Positions 35,002 to 48,489 of a stretch of DNA of 64,000 bases are shown piece after piece. Each line of letters begins with the position of its first letter. Within the stretch, counting starts at the first letter, position 1. The notes under the pieces are model-generated. The model made no database searches, had not been told where the DNA came from, and was given only the letters and a program-made list of their open reading frames with translations. This DNA is from Klebsormidium nitens (lineage: Eukaryota; Plantae; Klebsormidiophyceae). Position numbers and translations under genes: made by a program. The stretch lies in the NCBI GenBank assembly GCA_000708835.1, contig DF236986.1, positions 1-64,000 on the forward strand, written 5' to 3'.

Positions 35002-36356
35002 CAAAAGCGTGCGCTTTGGGCTTTAGCTACCTGATCGCAGCATTACCTAGCGGACTGTTATGTGAGGAACTGACAACACAGTTGGTTGGGGTTAGATTAA
35101 CAAGCACGTCAACTGGCAGGGGAGTCGCATCAAGAAGCGTCAATGTTTGAGTTGCAAATCTTTGTATTCCTTAACGGAATGTGTGTCCGGATCGTACGAG
35201 TCTGTGGAACTATAGATTGACGTTGATCTATGAACAAATTACTACTCCGAGTAAACGGCTATCCCATGAACATGTTCACATCTTGCAGTTTGCCTATACA
35301 GCTAGCGACCTAGTGACATCTCTACCTGGTATGGATCATGCATGACCTAGAAGTACGCTGCTTGACGAGATACCGGGACACACCAATCAGCGCCAGCAGG
35401 CTAGCTCCCAGTGGCAGCCGCCTGCATGCTACTGCAGGCATACGTTCAATGATGCACGTCATGATCGAGTCACAAACTTGTAGTGCATACATGTGCCAGT
35501 ATATACGTACATCTGGGAACTTATACTGTTCTGAGTCAATTCAGGGATAAGCTAGTGACATCGTGCATTAATAGAGTTGAAGCATTTGATTGAAACACCT
35601 GTACCTTTCTAACATACTGGCCTTGAAGTCGAACAGAAAGTGCGCGCTCTTGCATATGTTGTGTTCCAAGTTAATTGGCCTCGTGGGACAATCCCCATGT
35701 CAGCTAGGTGCGGCAGGCTGTCCAATTTCTGATGGGTGCATGTTTTCATGAGGTTTGCCAAGTTAACCATTGATATATGTTCAAAACTTCCGTGGCATTA
35801 TGAAGTGTGGTTCACACTTACCATGGTGGATATGTATGATGAGACTGACGAGCATTAATCAGTGGCTGGCTGCCATGGGACTGGAAAACGACTTAAGATG
35901 AGAGGTGGCGGTATGAAACAACGACTGCTACCTACCTCAAACTTAATGCTTGGAAGTGCGGTAAAGTCTTTACTTGACAGATGTTGTCCAGCAACTTAAG
36001 TCAGATTGAAGGGCTAGTAACAAGACAAGTGTAAGGAAGCAATGTGGTTCACTGGACAAGTGAACCTTCGAAGGTCTTATCATACACCAACCAGTATATT
36101 GTACAAGCTGTGATATCAAGTCTAGTGCTCATCTGAACTCTTAAAACCCCTGATGCTTCTCGTTAGAGATCTTTCCTAGTGGCTTAAGGTCTACTGTGAT
36201 GTGCGTGCACTAACAGTAGCTTTGGAAAAAGCGTCAACCCGGTTGACCAATTCCAATAACGACCACGTTCTAAAGTAGAAACATGGCCCTAGAAAGCACC
36301 CTTCATCTGACGGTAAAGTTCATTTGAGACATGACGTCATTTGGGCATCCGCAGGT

Positions 36357-37564
36357 TTACGCTAGTAAACACCGCATCCAGCCAGGCCCACACCAAGGTC
36401 CTTGTGACTTATTCCAGCGCACGACCATATTCGAATCAGTGGCATCACACCTGGAAAAATGGGACGATCAAATGCTGACGGAAAGAAGGCTTCATACCAA
36501 AACCGACGATCACGAGTATATTGCTAGGAACATGAAGGATGCACTTGTCCTGCCAATATGTGAGCAACATGCTCTTTCTGGGTCACTACTCCATGCTCGC
36601 TTACTGCGGCAGGCAGCAAATGATCTGGATTGGATGTCTAATCAATGGTCACTTGTATTCCAGTTCCACTGACAGCAATGCCAAGCTGTCAAATGCAAGC
36701 AGGCAGACCAACTCAGGATGTCCCATAATTTTGAAACCCTTTCCAAAAGAGGCGCTTTTCTCGTCCGCTGGTGTGCCCAGTGCCCATTCCAACTCTAGAT
36801 CGCTGAGTACAGGCCGCAAAAGATCTAAATCCAGTAACATATATGACATGACAGGGATGCAATATTGGAATCCACCCTGCCTGAAAACCACCGTTCCCAA
36901 GAAGAAAGCAATGTCCACAGAAACAGAAGGCTCAGACAAACGACTGCAGATGATGACAACAGAAAATTAAAAGCTGATGAGTTTCATTGGCATGACACCT
37001 GTCACACTGCTAAGCGAAGAGGTCTGACCCTCAAGGCCCTAGCAAAGATCCGCCTGAATTGGCCAAGCCCACATCAGACAGATGGCACCATTTCCGTTCT
37101 GAAAAGCTCCCGACCTGGTCACGGAGTATACTGTGAGGTGCATGCAAAGTTGACACATGCACTCGTAGCTCGAAACAAAACCACTCGACTCCTGCTTTCG
37201 ACTGAATCGAGGGATCAGATTCGGGCTCACAAGAAGCAAATATAGCCACACCCCGCATATCCTTACCGATTGCACATGTCCTATGCTGCCCCCCTCATCG
37301 GGCATCCAACCACTTATCCTCCCCCCCCAAATACGGTGTGTTGTATAAGAGGCCCGGAACATAAGCCCCGAGCGAACCATCCCGTGCATCACCCATATCG
37401 CCTGGCAGCGGGAGCCCGAGTTTGGCGGCGCAGACCGAGACCCAACGAAGGACAACTTCCGGATACTGATGGTGGAACACCACACCCAGCAGAACCAACA
37501 GGACAACAACGCAGAAGACGTCTAGGGCTACTCTCCTGCCGGAACGGCCGCACAGGGACGCCAT
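36357..37564 (-). CDS. Candidate gene for a small type II membrane-anchored protein; may be frameshifted or a pseudogene
   Basis: ATG at 37564: MASLCGRSGRRVALDVFCVVVLLVLLGVVFHHQYP (hydrophobic anchor). Strong GTAAGG donor near 37266. Open segment 36939-36649. Phase-compatible last exon KCDATDSNMVVRWNKSQGPWCGPGWMRCLLA*. The exon-1 frame stops before the donor unless the homopolymer run at ~37320 is off by one. Confidence 0.3.
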
Positions 37565-38082
37565 TGCGCGCCAACTAAATAGGGGAAAGACACGGGCAGA
37601 AGCACATCCGAGCTCACATCATCATCAACCAAATTTGAACAGCAGCCAGCTCGGTTAGGTTACCAGTGTCGAGTCTGCACAGACTTGCAGAATCCAGCTG
37701 CCATGGCCCATTCGGGAAACAGCCTGCAGCCTGCAGGTTAAACAGTCACTAAATGTTGCACGTGCTAACGCCTTGCATTCGTGCTGAGCAGATTCTGCCG
37801 GATCGACCTGCCTTACAAAAAGCCCACTTGTCAGACTAGATGCCGTCATTTTACCGGTAAACGACAAAGTGTCCAAGATTCTGGTGATACGTGGCGGCGA
37901 TTCGTAGTCTCGTAGAGCGGGTCTGGAATATTTGTGCGGCCCAGAGCTGCCGATACCAGTACAGCGGCATGAGTAGGTTTGGTACTTGATAGTACGGTAC
38001 AGACATCATCGCCCCTCGCGGCGACGGCCCAGCCTGGGCGTAGGGCCGCAGCCCTATGTCAAACAGAAGCTGTGTCGCTCTG

Positions 38083-38480
38083 TCTGCCTACTTAGGTACC
38101 TACCTACCGGTACCTAAGTCGAATTAAGTTCGACATTCCTGACCAGCATCTCATACTGATAAATGCCGTCGATTGGGTACGGTGTTTCATCTCAGCCTTC
38201 GGATTGGAAAGAAATTCAAAAACTTGCACAAACCGCGCCAATGACAATGAGGTCAGAGTCTGGACTCAGAGACTCTGTAAGTTGCCAGGTGCTACTTACC
38301 GTAATACCGGTAGATGCCTAGGTACAACCGTAGGTACCTGGGTATGTTCGGCCCGGGGATACCAGTATTGCCAAACGATCAGGTAGGTAGGTAGGTACCG
38401 TAGGTAGGTAGGTAGGATTCCGGTACGTACCTGGAACCCAGACCTGGAGTCTGGACAATTGCAAGGTACCTAGGTACCTA
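38083..38480. repeat. GGTA/GTAC-rich simple-repeat tract with short palindromes
   Basis: aggtaggtaggtaggtaccgtaggtaggtaggtagg (~38381-38416), cttaggtacctacctaccggtacctaag and ggtacctaggtacc. Confidence 0.8.
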
Positions 38481-40075
38481 CATCAAATTTCAGGAATCAG
38501 GATTCAGGATGCAGAATCACGTTTTCTGTGTCAATCGCCACATATTTTAGGTAAGATTACGGTATTCAACATGTAATAAGTATAGGTTATCCAACGAGTG
38601 CGAGAGAATATCGAAGTTTCGCGTCGAACGAGAGCGGATATTCCACGAGGGCCTCCGAGGCCCGAGTGGAATATGAAGCTCGAGTTTGACGCGAAATCTG
38701 ATATGCTCGAGCACGAGTGAGGGTAACCGACTTATCTCACGACCGGACTCCGATGCATCGTCGAACCTGGTAAGGGTCTCGCGTTTATTCCACCGCTGAG
38801 CGTTGAATAAAAATATATATTCAACGCCTGGGTCGCCGACTAAGTTCGACGCCGAAACTTTACTAATACTCAACGCCGAAATGGCTGAGCGCAAAAACCG
38901 GTCGTGGGATAATATGGTAGCGCCACCAATGTGGTAGCGCGGCGCGCCACATGCTCTCCGGCTTCGATCTCGATGTGGTTCATTCTGATAACGCAGTCCG
39001 CGATTGTCCTTGTGCCATTGCTTTTCATGGCGCGCGCTGAGTCCACTATCCGGGGCAAAGTCATGAACCCTGACATCTTCCTGACATGTGGTCGGAACCC
39101 TGGCCCTGGCGTATACCCAATGGTACTCGATACGTCTCTTTCACCAAATCATGACTTCATCATTGATAAGAAAATACTCTTAGTACGTCATGCAATTGAG
39201 GTACTAGTGTATCTGATCTCCGTTCTAGATAACTACCTAGTTGAGGCTTGAGCAGGCTAGCGTGATTGGGCCGTCATGCAGGACCGCTCATCATGTGAGA
39301 AGCGATCATAGCTTCCAAACGAATGTAGCTGCGCAATTTGATAAAGATCTAGAGCAATTCGCGATCAATCATGTTTATCGCGGTATATATCGTTGTAAAT
39401 CGAGTTGAATCAGAAGCTCTGAGGTCAACGGTTCAACAACAATCGACTGCCAGGCGATCATATTCAATATAGCTCATGGGATGGCCATAACTTTCCTCCT
39501 TGGCCATGCCATGAGCCTAGGTAATGTTGACCAAGCTTATAAAGATTGTTTACAATTCTCCCACATCCCAATAAGCCAAGTGAGCTTGCGAAAGATGCAC
39601 TTCTCATATCCGACCCTTTTCCGAATTAACCGCGTAGTTCTGCCAATATGTAACACAGCATGACACGTCACAACGAAATCGAATATAACAGCCCTTCCAT
39701 CCGAAGGCCACCTTTCTCTTGCATGATGCATGATCTTTCGAGGTCGAACTTATGATGGCTCTTGGCACATTGATTGAGCAAAAACCTCGGACGAGATACA
39801 GTTGGTCATCTTCAGTAAAATGATTTCAGTAGAGCCTGATCAGAAATTTAAGCTGAATCCTAGCCCAGTTAAAGGTGGGAAACCAAGGGCCTCATGTCGG
39901 TTTTTAACTATTGCTGTCCTTACAACTCTTGCCAACCGTTGTTGAGTTTCATTTGTCTTGTCAGGCCACATGCGGACCTTGGTAATCTCTGGCCCAAATC
40001 ATTTCATGTTGATTAGATGACGTCAATAGGTATCACGCCCCTCTAATCAATATCAGCTACAATCGAGCGAGGCCT

Positions 40076-43000
40076 TCAATTGATTACATCCGCTTCCATG
40101 GACACCTGCCGATCGTATGCTGCTCTCAGCGACTCCACCCCCGAGCTTGGCACATAAGGTTTCGTCTCCAGCGCCAACCCTGGCAGTTTTGAACCCGCTT
40201 GAACCTCCACAGCAAGGGCCCCATCGACTGTCGCATCAATGTTTTCAGCTTCGCTTTCCGGTCCTCGAGCTTCTAGCGCCCCTTGACTTTGAAGGACCCC
40301 CCTTTCCGTGCCGGTCGAGCCAGCCCCCCCTTCAGCACCATTTTGGTAACCTTCGCCTGTCCCCTGATCGTTCTGCGCGTCATTCCCCCTCCCCATCCGG
40401 AAACCGCCCGCTAACCCAGGTGCATAACCCAAGTCCAACGGCCCCAGATCGCTTGGCTGCTTTTCCCGGCCCCCTTCTTGCGTTTCCAATGCGCTTCCTA
40501 CTCCGCCCGAGGGATGCGCTTGGTCCGCCCCGGGGCTCGACACGAGCACTTGCTGGTAGTCCCCCGCTTGGGGGCCCCCGTTCCGTTCCGTCCCTGTTCC
40601 GTCCCCCGGAACGTCTTGCACTTCCTCCACGATTGGGGGCGGGGGATCTTGCCCCGGGTACGAGGGTAAAATGTCCGGTCCCTGCCAACGAGGAAGAAAG
40701 CAAACGGTTCACATAAGCAGCAGAGACAGACATTCCGCAGTTGAAACGGAATGGAACAGCAAAGAATGGGAGGGAACGGCTGACTTTGTCATGCAGTATC
40801 GTGCCCAAGTGTAAGAGGGCCAGGTGAAGTTGTGGGGGGAAGTATGATCACCAACATTGCAGCAAAGCCCACTATTCAGACGGCTGGGAAGAGCGGGTAA
40901 CAGCTGGAGTGCGAGTGTGGTTGGAATTCAAAACCTCAGACAATTGATTCTTTTTGGTGAAGTAACATTCAGATTATAAGTTGAAATGAAGAGCCGACAA
41001 TCCTCACTTCACTGGACAGCAGGAATGAGTTTCTTGTTCAGCCCACCTGTGCGTAAGGGGGATCCCCCTGCTCGCCTGGCGGGAGCGCAGCATACTGCGC
41101 TGCGTAGCGCTCGTCGAACTCCGCCTGCCGCCGCCAGAAGAAGTGCGCCCGCGTGACGCGCTCCAGCAGGTCCTCGGGGACCTCCACACCGCGCCGCTGG
41201 GAGGGCGCGATCTGGGCGGTGCGCACCAGCGTCTTCCACTTGTCCTGTAGTGAAAATTAGCTTGTTTCAGGGTTGAGGGAGCCTGGATTCGACGTTTCTC
41301 TCGGCACTGAGCGATTCATGGCCTCATTACCATCCCTTTCTGCGCTGCTGAAACAGTGCGATCTGGGCGGTGTGCACCAACACGTTACACTTGTCCAGTT
41401 CCGAAAGTGAAGTCGTTTCAGGGTTTGCTTTTCCTTGAGGATCTCTGGGGGAAACACGCCTTTCATGGGACCTCCAACTGGGACGGCGCGATCTGAACGG
41501 TGCGGAGGAGCGTCTTCTACTTGTCTTGCGAAGTAAGTTCGATTCAGACTTTCATTCCTTGTTCAGAGTATCTGGGGTCAAAAGGGTTGTGCTGGAAAAC
41601 GTTAGGAATTGACGCTTATGATGTGATCCCATCCGAGGCCGCTTGAAGGGGCCAACTTGAGCGGTACGCACCAGCGTCCCCTACCTCTTCTGTAGCGGAT
41701 GCGAGCTTTTAAAAGCAGATGTTTTGGGGGTCACCTCATTTGCAAAGTCTGAGTTCTGTTTGTTTTGGGCATGTCAGCTGGATATTTACGAAGGGACGCA
41801 GCCCCGCTGCTGAAAGAGAAGCACATCAGCAGCGGTTTTGACAGTTCAACTCACCACGAATCCCGCCGACGGGTTTTTACTGAACTTTTTTACAAATATT
41901 TCTGTACCACGTACAAAGGAGCTCTGCTTGCAAACGAGGCTTAGGATGAACATACGCAAAGCTCTTACCTTGAGATCTGCATAAGTCCGGTGCCTGGCCA
42001 GCGGGAAGGCCCGCTGCTTCACGTCGCGCCAGCGCCCGGTCCCCAAACGCTCCACCGCCGTCACGAGAGCCTCCACTTCCCCGACTGTGAATAGGCGCCG
42101 GGCACGCCGCTGGTCGCCGGTCGGATGCTTCTGCCTGCAGTCACGGAACGGTCTTTTCGATCTTCGCCGCACTTTTGGGCAGTCGTGGTTTGCTTATAAG
42201 ACCTCCCCAGCGTGACAGATGAGGGGTTGTAGCGTGTAAAGACAGGGCGTGAGTCCACAGCCAAGTAGACGACTAACCAAACACAGCAACGCGTTATCGG
42301 TTCTGCTTCAGAAGGCGCTTTTGCTGGCCGTGATTGGAGCGCCCGGACTCGAGCAGCGCTCAGAAACTCCGTCTCGACAACACCATCTTAACGCGGAAGT
42401 ATGAGATCTTGCCGATGTTGCCCTATTGAATGACAGCGCTACCTCAATCCACGGACAAGCCTACCAGTCGAACTTCTGAAGACTTGAAAGGCATCCTCTG
42501 AGAAGGAATACACCTTCGAAAATCGAGAAACCTGAAGATAACGATTCCTTACTTGAGGCTCTTCTCTTGCTTAGGCTCGCTCAGCGCCAATTGCCACTGC
42601 TGACCATCGTCCACCATCATCCCCCCAGCCTCCTCAGTGCCAGGTGGCGCAAACTCATTGGCCGCGGTGGCGGCTTCGTACCCTTGCTCGATGTAAGCTG
42701 TTGCATACGGTAATTGACTTAACCCCTCTGGGTCTGGGATGCCATTAGGGTCAATTGCGGGAACCTGAGTCTCATTTGGCATATGATATGAACCCGGGTC
42801 AAGGTTTTCGGGAATCCGTGACTGAATGACGTCAGCCGGAGGGGAAGCCCCGGATGCTCGCATAGGGGGCGCTCCAGTTGCGTTCGGATCTGGCATGGGG
42901 GTCTCGAACGCTTGGGCTTCTGAGGAGGGTGTGACGATGATCTCCGGAGGGAATGGGCTGACGGCTGTTGGAGGCCTGTAGCAGCAGAAACGTGGTTCAG

Positions 43001-46000
43001 AGAAGTGTAAACTGAACGCACTACAATCCTTCAAAACTCGAGAACAGTACGATCACTTGACGCACAGTATACGATGGCGATGTCACGTCATGAGCAACAA
43101 GTCGCAAAACGTTTCGGTCTTGTGATTGAAATACACAATCGCCACTGCATAGTAAGAGTACTCGCTTAATCTGGAAAGCCTACACGCTCAAAAAGCTCCC
43201 AAATTCATAAGTGCGTTCTTCTTCAAAGAACACAAAGCGTTTCAACCTCCTGGTGGTCGCCCCTTGAACTATGACCCGCCCACAATGTTGATCGCACTCA
43301 AGAAACACTCAGCTACTTGCCGACTCTTATTTCAAAAGACTTTGGTCTCACAGCAGTCAGCCAGCCACGTGATTGAACGCACCGCATGGCCACGTAGCGT
43401 TCGGTGGTCCCCGCCTCCGGCTCCAGCCAGTGGTTCCCCCGCAGCGCCATCTGCTGCGCAACCTTGTCCCAGTCTCCGTCGTCCTGCCCCAGAAACAGAA
43501 TTGGTTAGTGAACAAACGCCCGGTCGACGGTAGCTGGTACGGGTAGGGTTAGTCAATGGGCTAGGGCGAGTACAAGCGGAGATCGTGAATCTTTGAATTA
43601 GGGTTTAGATCAACCCGAAAACCTGACGGTTCAGTGAGCTTACTGCGCACTGAAATTGAAATTACAACCCGATCGATGTACTAAACAGTAACAGCCAGTG
43701 AACAGTGAACAGCACCGGGGACGGGTACGGTTAGTCAGGGGGTTAGGGCGAACACCAACGAGCTCGCGAATCTTCGGGTTCGGGTTTCAAATCAATCGAA
43801 AGGCGTATCACACACTCTCTTCACTGTACACTAAAAAGAGAAGTACCTGTCCCAGCGAGCTGTCTGCCGGGCGCTCCATCTTCACTATCTCGTATGCACC
43901 CCCCGGCGCCGGGGCGTTCCCGCGCATGGCCGCGGCTCGCGCCCGCGCCTCCCAGTCGTCATCGTCGTCCACGACAACCGGGGGTTGAGGCGCTTCGGAG
44001 AAGGGCGTTGAGCTGGGGGGGTCGTGGGAAGGGCCAAACGAGGGGGGTTCGTCGGTTGGTGCGGACGTTGGCGGAGTTGGTTCTTGTTGGGGGGGTGTGG
44101 TTGCCGGCAAATCTTGAGGGGCACCAGACTCTGGAGGAGCGGGGATCGGGGGTTCCGTCGACTGGGGCGCCGAAGCGGGATGCTCCTCGGATGGACCGGC
44201 TGGTATTAAGGCGCCTGAGGACTGCGGATCCTGACTAGGCGGATCCGGGGACGACTCAGGAGCTGACGACTCGACGAGGGGAGCCGACGGTTCTGGGGCG
44301 GAAGGAGTGGCTGTGGCGGGCAGGGGTTCTGGAGCATCAATCGCTGACGACTGCGGCTCGGTTTGGAGGTCCGGAATGACTTCGGGATCTGAGGTTGGGA
44401 TGGCCGGGTTAGGAGGCTCTGAAGCAGACTCAGGTGAAGGCTCTGGAGCGGTGATGACGTCAGCCGCGGGTTGAGGGGTAGGGGCAAGGGCGGGTGACGA
44501 GTGGGGTTCAGGAGTCAGGTCGACTGAGATCTGGGGGGCGGAGACTTCCGCGGTCTGGGTGGTCTCGGATGCAGGCAGGGTGGGGTCTTGAGTGGCTGTA
44601 GAGTTGGCGTCTGTTTGTGATGGTGAAGTCTGGGCAGGGGGGGCTGATGGGGGCTTCAGAGAGGGGGAACGCCGTTTTGCCTGTATGACACGGCAACGTG
44701 GCCTGTTAGCATACCAGGTCAGGGTCGTTCCAAGTCATCAAAGAAAGAAACTAGAGTTGTCAAAGATAAAGAAGCATGATAACCGGGTTGGTAAGCTGCG
44801 AGTAAGCTGAATGGCCGTGTACGTTCAGGATATGTGTCCAAACAATTCAAAGACTTCTATCGCAAGACAGCTCTGGAATTGACCATTGTGTCTTGATTTT
44901 ATAGAGGGATCTGCCAAAGAAAGACATGCTTTTCCTTGCAAATGCGTGCCTTGTTTCTGCTAGAGAACTAGGATTATGTCTCGGCCGAAGCCGTCAAACT
45001 GCCCCATCTTCAGCTGTTCTCGTTGTCCTAGGAAAGAGATAAGAGGCTCCAAGTTCTTTACGTGAAGAATCTATGTTGCCCTGCTGACACAGTGTATTCA
45101 AAACATGACAGAGAAAGACAGAGGGAGTGCTTTTCCTTCCATGAAACGACCGAGGGCCCACAATACGGTAGTAAAAAGTCCTCACGTTGCGGGAAGCTGG
45201 TGTTTTGCTGGCGGCAGCCAGGCCTCTCATCAGAAGCTCCGCTGCTGACACCTGGCAGTAGCCGGGGGGAAGCTGGCTCGGGTCTAGCTGTGGTCCGTTC
45301 ACTGGAAAGAAAAGCAAACGGAAGCGTCAGAGAAGAAACTCAAACCTCGTCTTAACCTTTGTAGAAAACCACGAGCTAGAAGGATTCGTCCCCTCATGTG
45401 GCTTGCAGCGACCCGCAAATCACGAGATACGACTAAGAGTCGCTGCACTTTTCTATTTACGTCGTTTCTGAGCGACCGACGGAGCGGAGCCTCGGCCAAA
45501 CGGTCGCTTAGGGGGACCTGGCCCCCGAAGCCGTCTTATTATGGGGCGTAGATTGCTCCCTCGAGGTAATGGACTGGGTTCCACTTTAAGACATGTGGGA
45601 TGCCCGTGACCGTTTATCTCAACGTTGCATAATTTTGAGCACATGAACACCAAGAACTACGTTCTTCTTCAATTTGCGATGCAGACTGGAAAGGATCTTG
45701 TGGGTGCTAGGTACTTGCAGAACTTACACACTGACGGAGGAAGGGAGAAGGTACCCAGGGCGTCTTTCGACTTCCGTTTGACGCCGGTGGCACTTTGATT
45801 TCGACGGCTGGGCTTGGGCTGGGCCAGTGGTGTGGTTGATACGTAGGCGCCGTACCCTGCTCGAGCAAACATCTGGTTCAGAAACTAGACCGGAAGCTCG
45901 GCCCCCAGTCGACCTGAATTATAGGCGATTTTTCCCTAATTAGGACGCGCTACTTTTCAAAGACCATGGCTGAAAGATCGGCAGCATTTGAATCCACCTT

Positions 46001-48489
46001 GTCCAAGAGTGCGAGAGAAGGAAGCAGAGGTACTGCAGGATTCTTTGTCAGCAGGTTCAGTTCTGAGATTGGGATCACTTCCTTTTCTCAGCAGGGTCCG
46101 TTCTACAACCGAGGTGCGAACTCAGCCATCCTTGCTCGTGCCACATCTTTGTTTGCAATCGTGCCTTACCCTCTGCCGTTACGTTTCCTAGGCCTACAAG
46201 CGCCCGCGCTGCTGCCTCTCCGGTCGGACTGGGCCGTATCACGGTTGTCGGAGTAGGCACTATCTCGTGTAGTTCACTGCAAATACGACGATGGGCTATG
46301 TCAGGAACAAATTGGACCGAATCGGTGCCGAATGCGTCGGATATCAATAGGCAGGATCGAGATCGAATCTCTTTTGTATAAAACTCCTCAGCAAGATTAA
46401 CACAGCTTCTTTCGGGAAAACGACCGTGCTTTCTCGATTCTGCTTGGTTACAATCTGCCTAGACACAGTCGACTCTTTCTGGCGAGAACAGCCGTAGACC
46501 CTAGAAGGCCCTAGAATCCTGCCAGCTTCAGGTAGCTAGTACATGCAAATGACTCGACGGGACAACACAGTAGGCCAAGTCCAAAGGAGCCCATCGCAGC
46601 AGGCTGTCTCAGATGAGCAAACATCGGAGTTCTCCCAAAAGGACGATGCTCACTGGAATCTTAGGAGTCCTGCGCTTTCGATGAGCGCGCGCGTGTCTCT
46701 GGCCAAAAAACCCACAATAGTGTCGTCCTGGACGATGCCAACTTGCTTGAGTGTGAGAGAGTCCTTGTTCAGGGGCGTCTTGCCGAAGAGCAGCGTGGGG
46801 CTGAAGGACTCTTTGAGCCGGCTGTTGCTCTGCTCCTCAATGGCTCTCTGCAAAGTTCGGAAAAGAGCGTTTTCAATTGGCAGATTCGGATTTCTTCTTC
46901 AGATTCGGAAAAAATAGCCCCGGAAAGCAGTGATTGCCCGTGTTAACAGATTCGGTTTTGATTTAACGAATTCGGAAAGAACAGCCCCAGAAAGCAGAAA
47001 TCGCCCGTGGTGTACCCCGGCAGTGGCTGTATGCAAGTAGCATTTGACTTCAGTGGTCATCCAGCTGGCACGTTCAGCCAATTGGGTGAAAGCTTCTGGC
47101 CGCAAATCGTACTGCTTTCAGGACCGCATATAGCACGCCGTTTTCAGCAGATTCAAACACCGGCTCACCAGCTCAACAAACATCTCATCAGACCTTTCAA
47201 GCTCACCAAAAGTTGTCCCTCATGATTACACTTTCATCTTTTTTCAGCTGATTGTAAAATACCAAGCAAGACGATCATGCTGCTCGCGTTTTTCAATGTT
47301 CGTAATCGTTGTGGAACGGCTGCAGGCTTCAGAAAAGAGCCAGATGATTGGGCCTACCTTCAGCTGGCTGATGTTTGCGTCTCGTGGCACAACCACTGTG
47401 ATGTCCTCATACACAGCGGACCGCACCAGCAAGCGCAACGGGAGGGGGGAGATGTCCATCCTCCGCCCTGCAGAACATTGGGAGATCCAGAATTCGATAA
47501 CTGCAGGTTGCGCAGCGTCCACAAAATGGTTCGTATTAGCTGCGGTCATGATACAGTACGCTGCAGTCAATCTGCGACCATCGCCTTGTGCTTAGATCGC
47601 AGTATGAGTTGCGCATGTTGCAGAGGACGGCAAATGCAGAGATATGCACACAACTTGTTATTGGCAGGCTGATCTGGCCTTTTGCAAATATGCTAGATTA
47701 AGTTCAAACTGGCATCACAAAATCTTCAAGAGAGTTGGGTGTGACGGTGATTCGCGTACCCTTAACACGATCCAGCTCCTCCCGCCTTGGCCGGGGTCGG
47801 GCCCTCCTTATATGCCCTTCCTCTTTCTCTGCGGGGTTTCTCTGCCGCTTGTTGCCTCTGGCGGGAAGAATTGCATGTATCTCTGTTGCGCCGGGCTCTG
47901 CGCTGTCCTGAAAAGGGTGGGCTTTTGGCTGGGGAACATCGTGAGCAAGGGGAACCCCTGCCAGGGGACCACTTGGGGGAGAATGCTCCTGATGCCCCTC
48001 TTTGGGAAGTGCGTCTGCAAAAGAAGGTGATGATCATCAAATTTATGGCAATGTTGGGAGGCTTCATGATCTCGTGAATAGATGTACCCTATCAAAGTGT
48101 AGACGGCAGCTCTACTTGCGTCGTTTGAGTTAAAACTGCTTCCTAGGAACAGCCTGCCAGCTCTGCAGGTGCCTTGGTAGATGCAGATTGGTTAGCAATC
48201 TAGTATCAGAGCCTCTGAAGGTTCTGAGGGGGATTCTATTTGGTGGCAAGCCCCAAAGCCATCTCAGGTTGTTCATCACAAGCAACTTCATTGACTTTGT
48301 AAACACAAACGAACTGACACTTCCGATACTTGCAAGTTGCTTCTTACCTTCAGTAGGGTTTACGCCTCTTCCATCCTCCTGCTGCTCAGCTCTCTCCTCT
48401 CCTACTTCTTCAAGGGGGTCCACAAGATAGTCAAGAGCAGCAGCTTCCTCAGCTGCACTAGCCTTGGGCAGAGCCGGGCCCAGATCCAT
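40076..48489 (-). CDS. TRF-like (TRP/TRFL) telomere-repeat-binding protein: ubiquitin-like domain, long Pro/Ser/Glu linker, telobox Myb domain plus Myb extension
   Basis: ATG at 48489 (MDLGPALPK). Ubiquitin-like part: LLVRSAVYEDITVVVPRDANISQLK / ...SPTLLFGKTPLNKDSLTLKQVGIVQDDT. Myb: RRARRLFTVGEVEALVTAVERLGTGRWRDVKQRAFPLARHRTYADLK / DKWKTLVRTAQIAPSQRRGVEVPEDLLERVTRAHFFW. Phase-compatible last exon GPDILPSYPG...DVIN*. Exons between 45000 and 46400 are uncertain. Confidence 0.85.
41356..41696 (-). repeat. Three decayed copies of the acceptor plus start of the TRFL exon at 41244
   Basis: In + strand text, the real gcgcgatctgggcggtgcgcaccagcgtcttccacttgtcctgtag is echoed at ~41356 (gtgcgatctgggcggtgtgcaccaacacgttacacttgtcc), ~41486 (gcgcgatctgaacggtgcggaggagcgtcttctacttgtc) and ~41658. 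Confidence 0.85.

Noticed and set aside
37553-37575. TGGCGCGC primer-binding-site-like motif suggesting an LTR retrotransposon
   Set aside because: No LTR pair and no gag/pol ORFs; it sits at the start of the candidate gene.
38931-39251. 106-aa ORF in the repeat-rich spacer
   Set aside because: No recognisable motif, splice context or codon bias; treated as a chance ORF.
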